Shown: positions 11,540 to 24,015 of the stretch, piece after piece | Layout of the letters: each line of letters begins with the position of its first letter | How positions within the stretch are numbered: position 1 is the first letter of the stretch | NCBI RefSeq assembly: GCF_018977255.1 | Contig: NW_024704742.1 | Span: 138,200,001 to 138,264,000, forward strand | DNA: 64,000 nt | Source of the DNA: Callorhinchus milii | Lineage: Eukaryota | Direction: 5' to 3' | Made by a program: the position numbers and the translations under genes | The notes under the pieces: generated by a model | The model's input: only the letters and a program-made list of their open reading frames with translations | Database searches by the model: none | What the model was told of the DNA's origin: nothing

Positions 11540-12755
11540 TCTCGCCTGTCCCCAACTCGGCTCTCAGCCCCTCCCCCTCTCTCCCTCCCTCTGTCCCTCC
11601 TCTCCCTCTCTCCCTCCTTCCCTCCTCTCCCTCTGTCCCTCCTCTAACTCCTTCCCTCTGTCCCTCCTCTCCCTCTCTCCCTCCGTCCCTCTGTCCCTGC
11701 TCTCCCTCTGACCCTTCTCTCCCCCCTTCCCTCTGTCCCTCCCTCTCTCCCTCCTTCCCTCTATCCCTCTGTCCCTCTCTCCCTCCTCTCCCTCTGTCCC
11801 TCTCTCCCTCTGTCCCTCTCTCCCTCTGTCCCTCCTCTCCCTCTGTCCCTCTATCCCTCTGTCCCTCTCTCCCTCTGTCCCTCTCTCCCTCTGTCCCTCT
11901 CCCCCCTTCCCTCTGTCCCTCCCTCCTCTCCCTCTGTCCCTCCCTCCTCTCCCTCTGTCCCTCTGTCCCTCCTCTCCTCACTCCCTCACTCACGGCAGTT
12001 TCCTGGACACTCACTAACGTAATCCACAGCTCAGCCACTGGTCGGTAAGTACCGAACGACTGACTGTTACTGTCGGAGAAAACTTTTTCCTCGATGTCTG
12101 TGTATGTGTTTATGACTCTCTGTGTGTCTGTGTGTCTGTCTGTGTCTCTCTCTGTGTTTATGTCTGTCTGTGGTCAGTGTCTATGTTTCTCTCTGTGTGT
12201 GTGTCTCTGACTACGTTTCTCTGTCTGTGTGTCTGTGTCTCTCTGTGTGTTTATGTCTGTCTGTGGTCAGTGTCTATGTTTCTCTGTGTGTGTGTGTCTC
12301 TGACTACATTTCTCTGTCTGTGTGTCTGTGTCTCTCTGTATGTGTTTGTACATACGTGTCTGTCTGTGTGTCTATGTCTCTGTGTGTTTGTATTTGTATG
12401 TTGGTGTGTCCATATCTCTACGAATGTCTCCGTGTGTGTCCATATGGCTGCGTGTATGCTCCATGTCTGTGTGTGTGTCTATGTGGGTGTCTATATCTGT
12501 GTATGTCTCTCTCTACATGTGTCTAAATCTCTGTGTGTGTCTCTCTACATGTGTGTTTCTATCTGTGTGTGTCTATATCTGTGTGTGTCTCTCTACATGT
12601 GTGTCTCTATCTGTGTGTGTCTATATCTGTGTGTGTGTGTCTCTCTCTCTATGTGTGTGTCTGTATCTGTGTGTGTGTGTGTGTGTGTCTCTATCTGTCT
12701 GTGTGTGTGTCTCTCTTGCTATGTCTATGTGTGTGTGTGAGTGCCTGTGTGTGTG
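11540..12755. repeat. CT-rich and GT-rich simple repeats flanking a unique island (about 11990-12095) upstream of the CCDC80-like ATG
   Basis: (ccctctgt)n-like followed by (tgtgtc)n-like. Confidence 0.9.
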
Positions 12756-13000
12756 GTGGAGGTTTGGGGTGAGGGTAATGCCTCTCGGGGGCAGATGGTA
12801 GGATGGAGGTTGAGGTAACTGTAGATGAGAGACTTAGTCTCTCACCTTTACACAGTCGGAGACTCCAACCTCTCTCACTCCGTGTCAACCACCTGCCCTC
12901 AACCCTCAACCTTCACACTCAGCACATATACCTCTCGTCAAGTGTTCAAACCAAAACAAGATTCTCGTTTCCCTTCTAACTTTCTCCCCCTCCTTTGCAG

Positions 13001-13545
13001 GCGGAGGCGGCTCAGTCACCCACACTCTCACCTCTGGGTCAGGAGGTTGAGTGCTCGAGCCCGTATCAGGGGGCTTTGAGCTCCAGTGCTGCGAGGTCAC
13101 TCCGTGAACCAATTCATACACTGTTTGTGAGTCAGATTGGCCCCATATCGGGACTTGGAATCACATAGTCTAAGCTGATGCTCCAAGGTAGCGCTGTGGG
13201 GGTGGGGGGTGGGGGGTGGGGGTGGCATTGACGGAGGAGCCGTCCTTCAGATGAGACGTTAAACCGAGGTCCCATCTGCCAGTTCAAGCGGATGTTAAAG
13301 ACCCCATTGAGCGATTCAAAAAGAGAAGGGAGTTTCTTCCGTGTCCTGGCCACAATCCTTCAGATAAAGTGTGGTCACTCAATCCACAACTGTTTGCGGG
13401 ACACTTGCTGCGCGCAACTGGCTACTGGTTTTCACCCACAAAATACACAGTCACTCCACTTTACAGTATATCCTGTGAAGCGCTTTGAGACGTCTTGATG
13501 ACATGATAAAGCGCTATATCAAATGCAAGGATTATTCTTGTTATT
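13001..13545 (+). mobile_element. Deu-domain SINE, near full length
   Basis: tRNA-like head, ccgtccttcagatgagacgttaaaccgagg Deu core, L2-like tail. Confidence 0.82.
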
Positions 13546-14384
13546 TGCTTGGCCACCGATGAACAGCCTCAAAGTGCCTCAGAGCGAGTTGCTATCACGT
13601 GTAGTGACTGTTTTTGTCGTGAAGCAAGGCAGCGTTGCTCGCAGCAAAGCCTTGAGGTGAACGACTAATTTATCTTGGGAATTGTTGTCCAGGGAGAGAG
13701 AAAACAGCACCTCAGGATTTTTAACATCTGATTGAAAAGGCACAGATGGAACTTGGTTTTAACATTACACCTGAAATGTGGTGCCTCCGACAATACCCCC
13801 CCCGCCCCACACCCCCCTCCTCCCCCAACCACCCACTCTCCCTCGCCCCGCATTGCGCCAGAGCGTCAGCCTGGACTGCGAGTCGAGTCTGTGAGATACT
13901 CAGCTTTTATTTCCATCTGTAACGGTCTCGCTGAGCTATTTATACCATCAAAGGGATTGTCTGCTTTGAAGGAAAACAAACAGGACGCCCGGTTCATATG
14001 GAAATATTCACTCCGCGTTGGAACCTTAATCAATCCCAGATGACGCAAAGCAAAGCCAAAGGAACTATCAGTCTCCGACCTCAGCGTTCAGGTCACACAA
14101 GCAACTCAGACGGTGTGTCTGACCCACGGGGAAACGCATCGCTATGCTTAAGGTTCTCCAAACCGGATCACTGAGAGGTTAACATGGTTTCCGAAAACCT
14201 GGAATGGAGTGCAACCACTCACCCAATAACCAAGTTATGACTCTCCTCCATGAGCGGGAGGTAAGCAGGTCTACTTGGAATTGAGTTGATGACACACTCG
14301 GAATTGAATCTGGTCTCTAGTCTGGTTCCTGAGCCAGGAGAGTCCACAGTATCCCAGGGCTCTCACTGCTGATGGCAGCACAGC

Positions 14385-14830
14385 ACAGCCCGGCCCGGCT
14401 CATGGGCAGGACCTGGAAGGGCCGACCAGTCACTGGGGGCCGGGAATCCTCCCCTTCAGCTCCTGTTAACCCTACAGCCAAAGCCCTAATTAACAGGGAG
14501 GGTGGTCCTCGCTGGACAAGCAGCGGGAAAGCTTGCACACAGTGCTCTAAATGGCCGAGCTGTGTGGGTTTAACGGGTTAGACTCCAGCAGTTACCCCAA
14601 CACACACTGGGGGATCCCCAAGTCTTGGATCTTGCCAACCTGTGCCTAATATTCTCCGGAATTAGGTAAACAAGGAGTGTCCATCCAAGGGAGAGAGCGA
14701 AAGAGGGCGAGTCCACAGTGCGGATCAGACACAGGGAAATGTCCATGTGTAGGTGACGTACATATGTAGAACTCACAGTCTAAGAGACTGTTAAGCGTGG
14801 CGCGAGGTTTCCACGTGTCAGACCAGTTGG
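14385..14830 (+). mobile_element. Interspersed repeat, probable 3' UTR of an RTE-like LINE
   Basis: Homologous to 16122-16520 (+) and to 57020-57540 (-), which is attached to an RTE-like RT C-terminus. Confidence 0.6.
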
Positions 14831-15854
14831 CTGACCACAAATGTGGCTTCTAACCAGCTTTGCTCCAATATTAAGAGACATGCCCTTGGTTTGGGTCCAG
14901 CAGAGCAGGTTTGCGTGACAATACACTGCCTTTCGCCATCTGGAATGCATTTTTCTCTCTGCACTGCTGAATGCGAGGCCGGGATATTTTGGTCGTTTCC
15001 TGTTTCGTTCTCCTTCCATTTCCTGTCGAGCTCTGACTGTCAATTTCAACTGTACTATTCAAGCTATTTTTTAACAGACTTTGCAGCAAGAACAACTTGC
15101 ATTTATCACCCTTCAGTTGGGTAGTGTCTCGGACCACTTGACAGTGGTGTGGTTTGGGGCCAAGTTGGAAAGGCGGGAGGGGACCGAAGGAATGGTCAAA
15201 GAGGAAGGTCCTCAGGTGTGATGATTTGAAGAGCCGATACGCAGGGATGAAGGCAAGGAGTTCCAGGGATTCAGGTGTAGTGGCTGAAAGCACGACCGCC
15301 GATGGTGGAGCACAGGAGATGAGGGATGTGCTGGAGACCCAAACCAGCTGAGCGAAGGCAGGGGGTAGCGCATTCGGTGCCTGTTCAGGGGACGTTAAAG
15401 ATTTCATGGGGTATTTAAAGAGATGGGCAATTCCCCTGGTGGTGTCCTGGCCAGCAATCCCTCAGATAGAATCCATCTCACAGCTTGTAGTAGTCCTGTA
15501 GCTTAGTGGTTAGAGCGCTCGTAAACGAAAGGACCCGGGTTCAATTCCCGGGCAGGGAGAAACATTGGGCAAGTTTCCTTACTCCACACACCTCTGTTTA
15601 CTTAGCAGTAAGTAGGACCCACGCTGTTAGTTGATTAGCAGATTGATTTTCCAGAATTAATATCTTTCCTTGCATTTGAAACAGCGTCTTATCACATCTT
15701 CGCGATGTCTCAAAGAGTGGGGGCAGAGTGGCTGAAGGCTTGTCTGCCAATGGTGGGCCGGGCGAGGCGGGGGACCTAAAGCAACGGACGCTGACCAAGG
15801 AACCCAGTAAAAGTAGTCAATTCAACGGTCAAACAAGGTCAAAGCTTTACAATG

Positions 15855-15860
15855 TTTATT
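15855..15860 (-). terminator. Candidate polyadenylation signal (AATAAA) for C5orf34
   Basis: TTTATT on the plus strand in AT-rich unique sequence about 1.4 kb past the stop codon. Confidence 0.45.
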
Positions 15861-16121
15861 TACACAATATTTACACAAATATTTCTCATTATTAAGTGCG
15901 ATATTTGTTTCTCGTTATTGACCCAGAAAGCCATCACCGTCACTCAAGAGGCTCTGAACCAGACCAGAGTTTCACCTGCGCATTTTATTAGCGGGGAAAA
16001 CGCCACAGAATAAATCGCAAAAAAATTGCTGCTCAGATAAAATTCACTTTTCCCCCAACTCCCTCTAAAGGTGACATGTCTGGCAATCAGAATCAGGCCC
16101 CCCCTGTGATGGTCTGTGACG

Positions 16122-16520
16122 TGAAGGGCCGACCAGTCACCGGGGGCTGGGAATCCTCCCCCTCAGCTCCCGTTACCCCCGCAGCCAAAGCCCTAACTAA
16201 CGGGGAGGGTGGTCCTCGCTGGTCAAGCAGCGGGGAAGCTGCCAGACAGTGATCTCAATGGCCGAGCTGTGTGGGTTTAGTGGGTTACACTCCAGCAGTT
16301 ACCCCAACACACACTCTGGGCCCCCCCAGGCCTTGGCTCTTGACAACCTGCGCCTAATACTCTCCGGAATTAAATAAACAGGAGGCCTCCCTCTGTGGAG
16401 AGAGAGAGAGCTCATCTCATTCCAACAATCTATCTCTGGGATTTCCATGTGTAGGTGGGATACATGGAATTGGTTTGGAGACTCTGAAGCAACGGTGATG
16501 GGTTTCCATGTGGGTCAGAC
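16122..16520 (+). mobile_element. Second copy of the same repeat
   Basis: gaagggccgaccagtcac...ctccagcagttaccccaacacacact...ctccggaatta shared with 14415-14665. Confidence 0.7.
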
Positions 16521-17159
16521 ACCCGGATGGGGAACAAAAACTCCCTCTCCCCCCCCCCGTTCAGGCTCTACACAGCCTGATCGCTCAGGCTGACATCCTC
16601 AGCTTGCGCTGAGCTACCTGGTTGCATATAAGGCTCCCACAGACCAAGTCAGTGAGCTTGAGTGCGGGGGGGGGGGGGGGGGGGGCTACCGTCCCCAAGG
16701 CCTGAAATTCACCAGATTCTCGGCTTTAAGATTGTTTTGCTTTGGATTGTCAGGTGGAGCGGATCGTGAAAAATTCTTGAATTCATTGTGGATTCGGAAA
16801 TCGGTTTCTCTTTAAGAACCAGAGAGAGAGAGAGAGAGAGAGAACCCGACTCCCGGATCAAAGAGTGGGTTCAGGAGTTCCTCACTTTTAAGAGTTGTCT
16901 TGAACTCTAACGGCAGAAATGGTCTGAGCACCTGAGTGACACTGCAGGTAATCCCTGACCCCTGTCTGGAGACACCCCCCGCCCCCCCCCCCCCACCCGA
17001 TTAATGGTGAGGTTCAAATCACCAGCACTGGGTGGGGAGGGGGCTTGAACCCACAACCGTGTTGGGGTGTGAGCAGCAGGGCTCAGCGGAGGCTGTCACT
17101 AATGGGAGTGAGACCACGAGACCACCTCCCAACACCTGCCACCAAAGCCAACCTGGGAA

Positions 17160-17177
17160 GAGCGCCCCCTCCTGGCC
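17160..17177 (-). promoter_or_regulatory. CTCF-like motif in the C5orf34 3' UTR
   Basis: Minus strand ggccaggagggggcgctc. Confidence 0.5.
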
Positions 17178-17241
17178 AGGTGTGGGATCCCACCCTCACA
17201 CACACCCCCACCCTCACACACGCCCTCCCCACCCGTGAGGG

Positions 17242-17429
17242 CTAACTCCCGGGGCTGCCGGCTCTGTCCTTGCCCCTCAGCAGGACCTCGATGTCCTGGA
17301 TGGCTTGGGAGGTCCTCCGCAGCACAGCCCCAATGTCTGCCCCTCCACGAGGTGGCCCCGGCGGGCTGGCAGGGGCCTGGGCTGGGTCCGGGGCATCTCT
17401 CTTCGTACAGTTGGAGTTCTCCAGGAGGA
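17242..17429 (-). CDS. C5orf34: C5orf34 homolog last coding exon with TAG stop
   Basis: ccccgcag|(F)LLENSNCTKRDAPDPAQAPASPPGPPRGGADIGAVLRRTSQAIQDIEVLLRGKDRAGSPGS*; recalled human LLLENSG...VSIALKKTSEILHDIDCLL. Confidence 0.87.
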
Positions 17430-18489
17430 CTGCGGGGGTCAGGGGTCAAAGAAAATCCACGCATACACACACACCAAATCCCAGGGCTTCCTTGCGAAGT
17501 GTCCGAATCCACCTGGTTGGATCCTCCTCTTGCCCTCACTCCATCCTCTCACCCCCCCCATCCCCCCACCCGGCCCCCACACACAAACACGCCTATCCCA
17601 CTGCCCCTTCCCCGTTCACTTGCCCCCCACTTCTCTCTGCTCAAGCCCCTTCACCTGGGTTCCCACCTTGCTCACAGCACTGAGACAACCCTTGACCGTT
17701 ACCTCTGCCCCCACCCTTTGGAACTCCCCCAGTTCCTCTGCCTCGCTCCCTCCCTCCCTCGCCTCCTTCAACGCCTGTCTCAAGATCCTCCTCTTCGACT
17801 CCACCTTTGGTCACCCTCCTACCCCTGCCCTCCCAACCCCCTGCACGGGTCCCCACGACTGTCCAGCGCCTTGGGACATCCTCCCGCTGTGAAAGCGCTG
17901 TGTAAATATAATGTGTTGTTCTCTCTCTGGGACCAGAGCTCCCTCTGTCTCCTTGTCCTCTCTGCTACTTTTAATACTGTGGACCATTCTACCTGCCTCT
18001 CCTCCCTCACCCACCTCTCCTGGTCCCAGTCCTACTTGACCCACCACCTCTGCTGTCTGCTCTCTGTTATCTGCGGAGTACATCAATCCTCAGCCTCTCT
18101 TCCTCATCTACACATCTCTCCTCTGGTCAGAAGGTTCGAGCCCCCCCCCCACCTGCCTGTCAGGTATCAAAGGTGAGATCAGCCACAATTTCTCACAACT
18201 CTCAATGTTTTTTGAAGGGATTAATAGCCCCGGAAAAGTGATGTGCCATTTGACTGACCGCTGGGTTCCTACTTACTGCTGGTAAACAGTGGCGTGTGGA
18301 GTAAGGAAACTTGCCCAATGTCTCACCCTGCCCGGGAATCGAATCGAACCTCACTTGCGAGGTGAGCGCTCTAACCACTAAGCTACAGGACTCCAGACTT
18401 AGCCAAGTTCACCTCTCCCCTCAGGCTCCCAGCAGTTTGTCGTGACACTCCCAGTCAGCAAAGTTGACGTGAATACACTGTAAGGATAC
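17430..18489 (-). other. U12-type (minor spliceosome) GT-AG intron of C5orf34
   Basis: The 5' end GTATCCTT is the U12 donor consensus. TTCTTTGAC, with its A at 17446 (about 16 nt from the 3' AG), resembles the U12 branch site TTCCTTRAC. Confidence 0.82.
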
Positions 18490-18530
18490 AGTTAAATCGC
18501 TGGATCTTCTGAAGTTCCGCGAGAACAGAC
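18490..18530 (-). CDS. C5orf34: C5orf34 homolog micro-exon (41 bp)
   Basis: tttctctcag|(W)SVLAELQKIQRFN(F)|gtatcctt; recalled human WSVASELEKIQKFN. Phases 2 to 1 are consistent. Confidence 0.9.
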
Positions 18531-18767
18531 CTGAGAGAAAGATTCATGTCAACAGCAACTGGAGAGAGAACTCACATCCTAAAGGGCATCTTGCTACCAT
18601 CTGTTTGAAAATTCATTGACTGTTTATAACACTGGAAATGTCCATAATGTCTGCGCTGGTGCTCACTGCCCCACTGGAGCTCTGTACTCTAACCCCATTC
18701 CCTGCTCTCCCCCCATCGTATAGGAGATTGCTCGTTTAACCAAAGGTTTAGCGGACAGACCACTTAC

Positions 18768-18872
18768 CAGTTGCCGTGCTCTCCGAGCTGTGGTTCATCA
18801 ATATTCCCGGTGCTTGTCTCCCGAGACTCTTCACTCACTCCTCGGCACCACTGCACCACCGTCACCACATAC
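18768..18872 (-). CDS. C5orf34: C5orf34 homolog exon (105 bp)
   Basis: tacag|(R)YVVTVVQWCRGVSEESRETSTGNIDEPQLGEHGN(W)|gtaagt; recalled human RYVTTVTSWCRRL...QENW. Confidence 0.87.
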
Positions 18873-19619
18873 CTGTACCGGTCACAGCGCAGTGAAACAG
18901 CTGCTTCTCACACAGCGCCTCTCACAGTGAGCGCTCTCACAGCCACGATAAGGAGCACCGAGCGGTGAGGAGGGGAAGGAGAATTTAAGGGTTATGGCCA
19001 ACAGCTATGATCAGAGAAAGAGCTTTTAAAATGGGTTTTGCAAACAGGAACAGAAGGAGTCACCATTGACATATCAGACACATTCCATAGATTCTTTTAG
19101 ATGGGAACTGGATAAAGGCTGGAAGAGGGGGAGCGAGAGGGGGAACGGGATGAGACTGGGAGGGTTAAATTTCACTGAAGCAGAAAGGGTTAAGCGGCAC
19201 CTGATCAAGGTCGTCGGAGTCAGTAACAAGTCAGTCGCCTCGCAAGTAAGAGGACCTGGGTTCGGTTCCCCGGGCAGCGCGAAACATTGGGCAAGTGTAT
19301 TCCTTACTCCACGTGTCTCTGTTTACCCGGCAGTAAGTACGAACCCGGCTGTTAGTCGATTGGCGGATCGCTTTTCCAGGGATTATACCCCCTCCAAAAA
19401 AAAGAATAAAAAAGATTAAAAATGCGGTCACTCAATCCACGACTGTTTGTGGGAGACTCCTGTGCGCGCACAAAACATACAGTCATTTCACTTTACAGCC
19501 TCAAAGACATGATAAGGCGCTATGACAAATGCAAAGATTATTATTATTATTATAATAAGTTTAAGATAATCACAAAAAGGAATTAAAGTTTGACCGTGCC
19601 TTCAGCTCCCCTCTCGACT

Positions 19620-19862
19620 CTCTCCCCCCTCCTCGCTCCCTCCCTTCCCTCCCCTCACCCTGACCATTTCCCCCCTCCTCGCTCCCTCCCTTCCCTCCCC
19701 TCACCCTGACCATTTCCCCCCTCCTCGCTCCCTCCCTTCCCTCCCCTCACCCTGACCATTTCCCCCCTGCTCGGGTCATGACCCAACTGTGCAGCGCCTT
19801 GGGACGTCCTCCTGACGTGAAAGGCGCTTTATAAATGGAATCTTGTTGTTGTTGAATCTTGT
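19620..19862 (+). mobile_element. L2 3' end with the same tandem repeat as 1823-2100
   Basis: Reverse complement of the 1823-2100 unit, including gggtcatgaccc and the tail. Confidence 0.85.
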
Positions 19863-20744
19863 TGTAAAGGGGAGCGTCAGATAACCGGTCTTTGCACAGA
19901 GGGGATAAGGAGACCTAACCTCCCCTTTAATTATTTTTGTGATAATCTTAAATCTTTCCCAGGGGAAAGAGAAGGGCGTTTCACTCTCTCTCTCTCTCTC
20001 CCCCCGGTATCCTGACCGACAATCCCCCAGATAAAATCAGTGTCAGTCGAGCCTCTTTCGAGTCCCTGAAGTGGAGCTTCGAACCCACGATCTCCTGATG
20101 ATAATCCTTGCGTTTGATGTAGCGCCTTATCACATCGATGGAGACTTCTCAAAGCGCTTCACTGAATATACTGTAAAGTGAAGCGACTGTGTATTTTATG
20201 GGCGAAACGCGGCGGCCAATTGCGCACAGCAGTGTCCCACAAACAGTCGTGGATTGAGTGACCACATTTGTTTGGTGGTGGGTGGGGGGGGGGGGTGGGA
20301 AGAGGGAATATTATCTCTGGAAAGAGATTCGCCAATCAATGAACAGTTGGTCAGTGAAGAGAGATGTGCGGAGTAAGGAAAACTGCCCTCGGGTGTTGCT
20401 CCTTTGATTTGTTTTCAATTTGTTTTTCATCCCAGAGGTGAGGGTGAGAGACTGAGCCCAAGAGAGAAAATCGGGCTGTATCGTCAGGCGATTGCGTTTC
20501 TCAGTCGCGTCAGTCAGTCAGCGGTGTTGGCGATGTGGCTGAGCTCTGGTTTGTCGGTTTAATGGTTGGTTGGGGGGGGGATATGTAATGTAAAAACAAT
20601 GTTGGAAGCTCTCAGTGAGCAAGCTCCAGCGTGTTTGCGTATGCCAGTTATTCCCCGTCAGCAGACAGCTGGGAACCTTTAACTTTTGAACCGAGTCCTG
20701 GAATCTCCTGGCATCTCTCACTTTTTTTCTTTATTTCCTCCTTA

Positions 20745-20780
<36 letters not shown>

Positions 20781-21420
20781 CTCTCCTCTCTCTCTTCACT
20801 CCCTCTGCTCTCTTCACAATCTCTCTCTCTCTCTGCGCTCTCCGCACTCTCTCTTTGCTTTCTCTCTCACGCTATGCTCTCTTCATATTCTCTCTCTTTC
20901 TCTTTTCGCTCTCCGTGCTCTCTCTTCGCGCTCTCTCTCTCTCATTGCTCTCTTTACCTCTCTCTCTTCGCGCTCTCACTTTCCGCTCTCTTTCTTTGCA
21001 CTCTCTCTCCGCACTCTCTTCGCTTTCTCTTCGCTTTCTCTCTCTGCTCTCTCTTCAAACTCTCTCCGCTGTCTCTTCGCTCTCTATCTTCGCTCTCTCT
21101 TCATTCTCTCTCCGCTCTTTTTCTCCACGCTCTCTTCGTGCTCTCTCTCTTCGCACTCTCTCTATCTCTCTCCGTTCTCTGCTCTCTCTCACTCTTTGCT
21201 CTCTCCCCACTCTCTTCGCTCCCTCTCTTCACTCTCTTTCTCTCTTCGCTCTTTCTCACGCTCCACTCTCTCCTCGCTCTCTCTCTCTCTCTCTCTCTCC
21301 TCGCTCTCTCTCTCTTCACTCTCTCGCACTCTCTTTGCTCTCTCTCTCTCACTCAATCCGCTCTCTGCTCTCTCTGTCTTGGTTCTCTGTGACTCTCTCT
21401 GTCTTGGCTCTACACTCACA
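20745..21420. repeat. CT-rich low-complexity tract
   Basis: (ct)n with cgct/cact interruptions. Confidence 0.92.
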
Positions 21421-22055
21421 TTTTGCACTTCAAAACACAGAATTCTGTGACTTTAACACAGTTAAAGATAAGGCAGATAATAATAATAGATAGTCACTGA
21501 GAGAAATACAGACAGACAGAGAGAAGGATAGAGAGCAATGTTTACACACTTAAGAGAAAAATACAGAATCAGACACAGACAGACAGAACCACACACACAG
21601 ACACAGATACACAATTATAATAATTCTTACATTTGATACATGGACTTTCACGCTGGGAGGACATCTCAGAAATTCACTGGATTTACTGTTAAGTGCAGCA
21701 ACTGTATTTTGGAGGTGAACAACAGATACACAGACACACACAGATACACACAGACACAAATAGACAGAGACAGACAGAGGGATTAATTGGCAGACTAATA
21801 GACGGAGAGAGGACAACAACAACAACTTGCATTTACACAGCGACATTCACACAGGGTAGCGTTTAACAGTGGCGAGCCGTGGGGAGGGAGGAGGTGAGCG
21901 GAGGCCCGGTCGAAGAGCAAGGTCTTCAGGCGCGATCTGAAAATGGGGAAGGAGGGGGCAAGGTGGAGGGGTTGAGGGAGACAGTTCCAGAGTCTCGGAG
22001 CATAGTGGCTGAAAGCACGGCCGCCGATGGTGCAGCGGAAAGGACGAGAGACAAG

Positions 22056-23870
22056 CAACAACAAAATTATATTTGTAAAGCGTCTTTCACATCGGGAGGT
22101 CGTCCCAAGGCGCTGGACAGACAGAGTTACGGACCCGAGCTGAGGGTCGGGGTGGATGGAAGGCGGTGGGGGAAGCAGGGAGATTGAAAGCACAGTCGAA
22201 GAGGAGGATCTTTAGATGGGTCTTGAAAGAGACGAGGGAGGGGGCGAGGCGGAGGGGCTGCAGGATGGCATTCCAGAGGGTGGGGGCAGAAGGCCTGCCT
22301 GCCAATAGTGGGGCAAGCGAGGCGGGGCGGGGGATGTCAAGCAGGCCGGAGCCTGCTTAGTGAAGGGAGCGAGCAGGATGGTAGGGGGTTAGGAGGTCGC
22401 AGAGGTAGAGGGGAGCAAGACTATGGTGGACTTTGAAGGTGAGGACCAGGATCTTGAACTGTATCCTCTGTGTGATGGGAAGCCAGTGGAGTCAGGTGAG
22501 AATGGAGGTGATAGTGTCATGGAGCCTGGTGGGGGTGAGGATGGGAGTGATGGGGTCGGGGAGCCTGGTGGGGGTGGGATGGGTCTGATGGGGTGGGGGA
22601 GCCTGGTGGGGGTGAGGATGGGGGTGATGGGGTCACGGAGCCTGGTGGGGTGAGGATGGGGGTGATGGGGTCACGGAGCCTGGTGGGGGTGAGGATGGGG
22701 TGATGGGGTCACGGAGCCTGGTGGGGGTGAGGATGGGGGTGATGGGTTCACGGAGCCTGGTGGGGTGAGAATGGAGGTAATGGGGTCGGGGAGCCTGGTG
22801 GGGGTGAGGATGGGGTGATGGGGTGGGGACCCTGGTGAGGGTGAGGATTGGTGTGATGGGGTCGGGGAGCCTGGTGTGGGTGAAGATGGGGGTGATGGGG
22901 TCAGGAGCCTGGTGGGGTGAGGATGGGGGTGATGGGTCACAGAGCCTGGTGGGGTGAGGATGGGGTGATGGGGTCGGGGAGCCTTGTGGGGGTGAGGATG
23001 GGGATGATGGGGTACAGAGCCTGGTGGGGGTGAGGATGGGGGTGATGGGGTCATGGAGCCTGGTGGGGGTGAGGATGGGGGTGATGGGGTCGGGGAGCCT
23101 GGTGGGGGTGAGGATGGGGGTGATGGGGTGGGGGAGCCTGGTGGGGGTGAGGATGGGGTGATGGGGTCGGGGAGCCTGGTGGGGGTGAGGATGGGGGTGA
23201 TGGGGTCGGGGAGCCTGGTGGGGGTGAGGATGGGGTGATGGGGTCGGGGAGCCTGGTGGGGGTGAGGATGGGGGTGATGGGTGGGGAGCCTGGTTGGGGT
23301 GAGGATGGGGTGATGGGGTCGGGGAGCCTGGTGGGGGTGAGGATGGGGGTGATGGGGTCGTTGAGCCTGGTGGGGGTGAACATGGGGTGATGGGGTTGGG
23401 GAGCCTGGTGGGGGTGAGGATGGGGTGGGGTGGGGAGCCTGGTGGGGTGAGGATGGGGGTGATGGGGTGGGGGAGAGGACACGGGCTGCAGAGTTAGTTC
23501 GGGATGATCTGCAGTCTGTGGAGGGAGGGGTTGGGGGCCGACAAGGAGGGAGTTTGCATAGTGGAGTCTGGCTGTAATGAGGGGTGTGTGAGGGTCTCGG
23601 GGGCTGTGGTGTGAGACAGTGGGGGAGTCGGGCCATGTTGCGGGGGTGGGGGAGGCAGAGCGGGTCATGGCGCAGATGTGGGGTAGAAAGGATAGTTGAG
23701 GGTCAAACCAGACCCCAAGGTTCTGGACTGGCACAGTGAGGGGGAGTGAGCCCCAGGGATGGTGATGCTGTCAACGCCTGAGGTGAGGAGGCGCTGACGG
23801 GAGCCAAATAGGAGCCCAGAGGCAGCCGAGCGGAGGCAGCAGGTAGTGGATTTGGGGGTAAGCAGGAGAG
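22056..23870 (-). mobile_element. L2 LINE fragment containing an internal minisatellite
   Basis: NLGVWFDPQLSFLPHI, ARLHYANSLL and SFKTHLKILLF motifs on either side of the array. Confidence 0.85.
22515..23475 (+). repeat. Minisatellite of about 38 bp (ggagcctggtgggggtgaggatgggggtgatggggtcgg), roughly 25 copies
   Basis: Read directly. Confidence 0.93.
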
Positions 23871-23905
23871 AGAGAGACAGACACACACAGATTACTGGCT
23901 TCTAC

Positions 23906-23990
23906 CTTTCATACATTCCAGGAGACTGGGTGAGGACCATCTGGGAGGTCTGGTCTGGGAGCAGTAACTGACACCAGGCAGACACTTGTG
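23906..23990 (-). CDS. C5orf34: C5orf34 homolog internal exon, 5' part lost in gap
   Basis: QVSAWCQLLLPDQTSQMVLTQSPGMYE(R)|gtagaa resembles recalled GWCKLTFPDGQEQLIQIEHPEPYER. Phase 2 fits the next exon. Confidence 0.8.
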
Positions 23991-24015
23991 NNNNNNNNNN
24001 NNNNNNNNNNNNNNN
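23991..24015. other. Assembly gap (25 N) truncating a C5orf34 exon
   Basis: N run. Confidence 1.

Noticed and set aside
10056..12048. Plus-strand Pro-rich ORFs (255 and 477 aa)
   Set aside because: Antisense shadows of CCDC80-like exon 1 and adjacent repeats.
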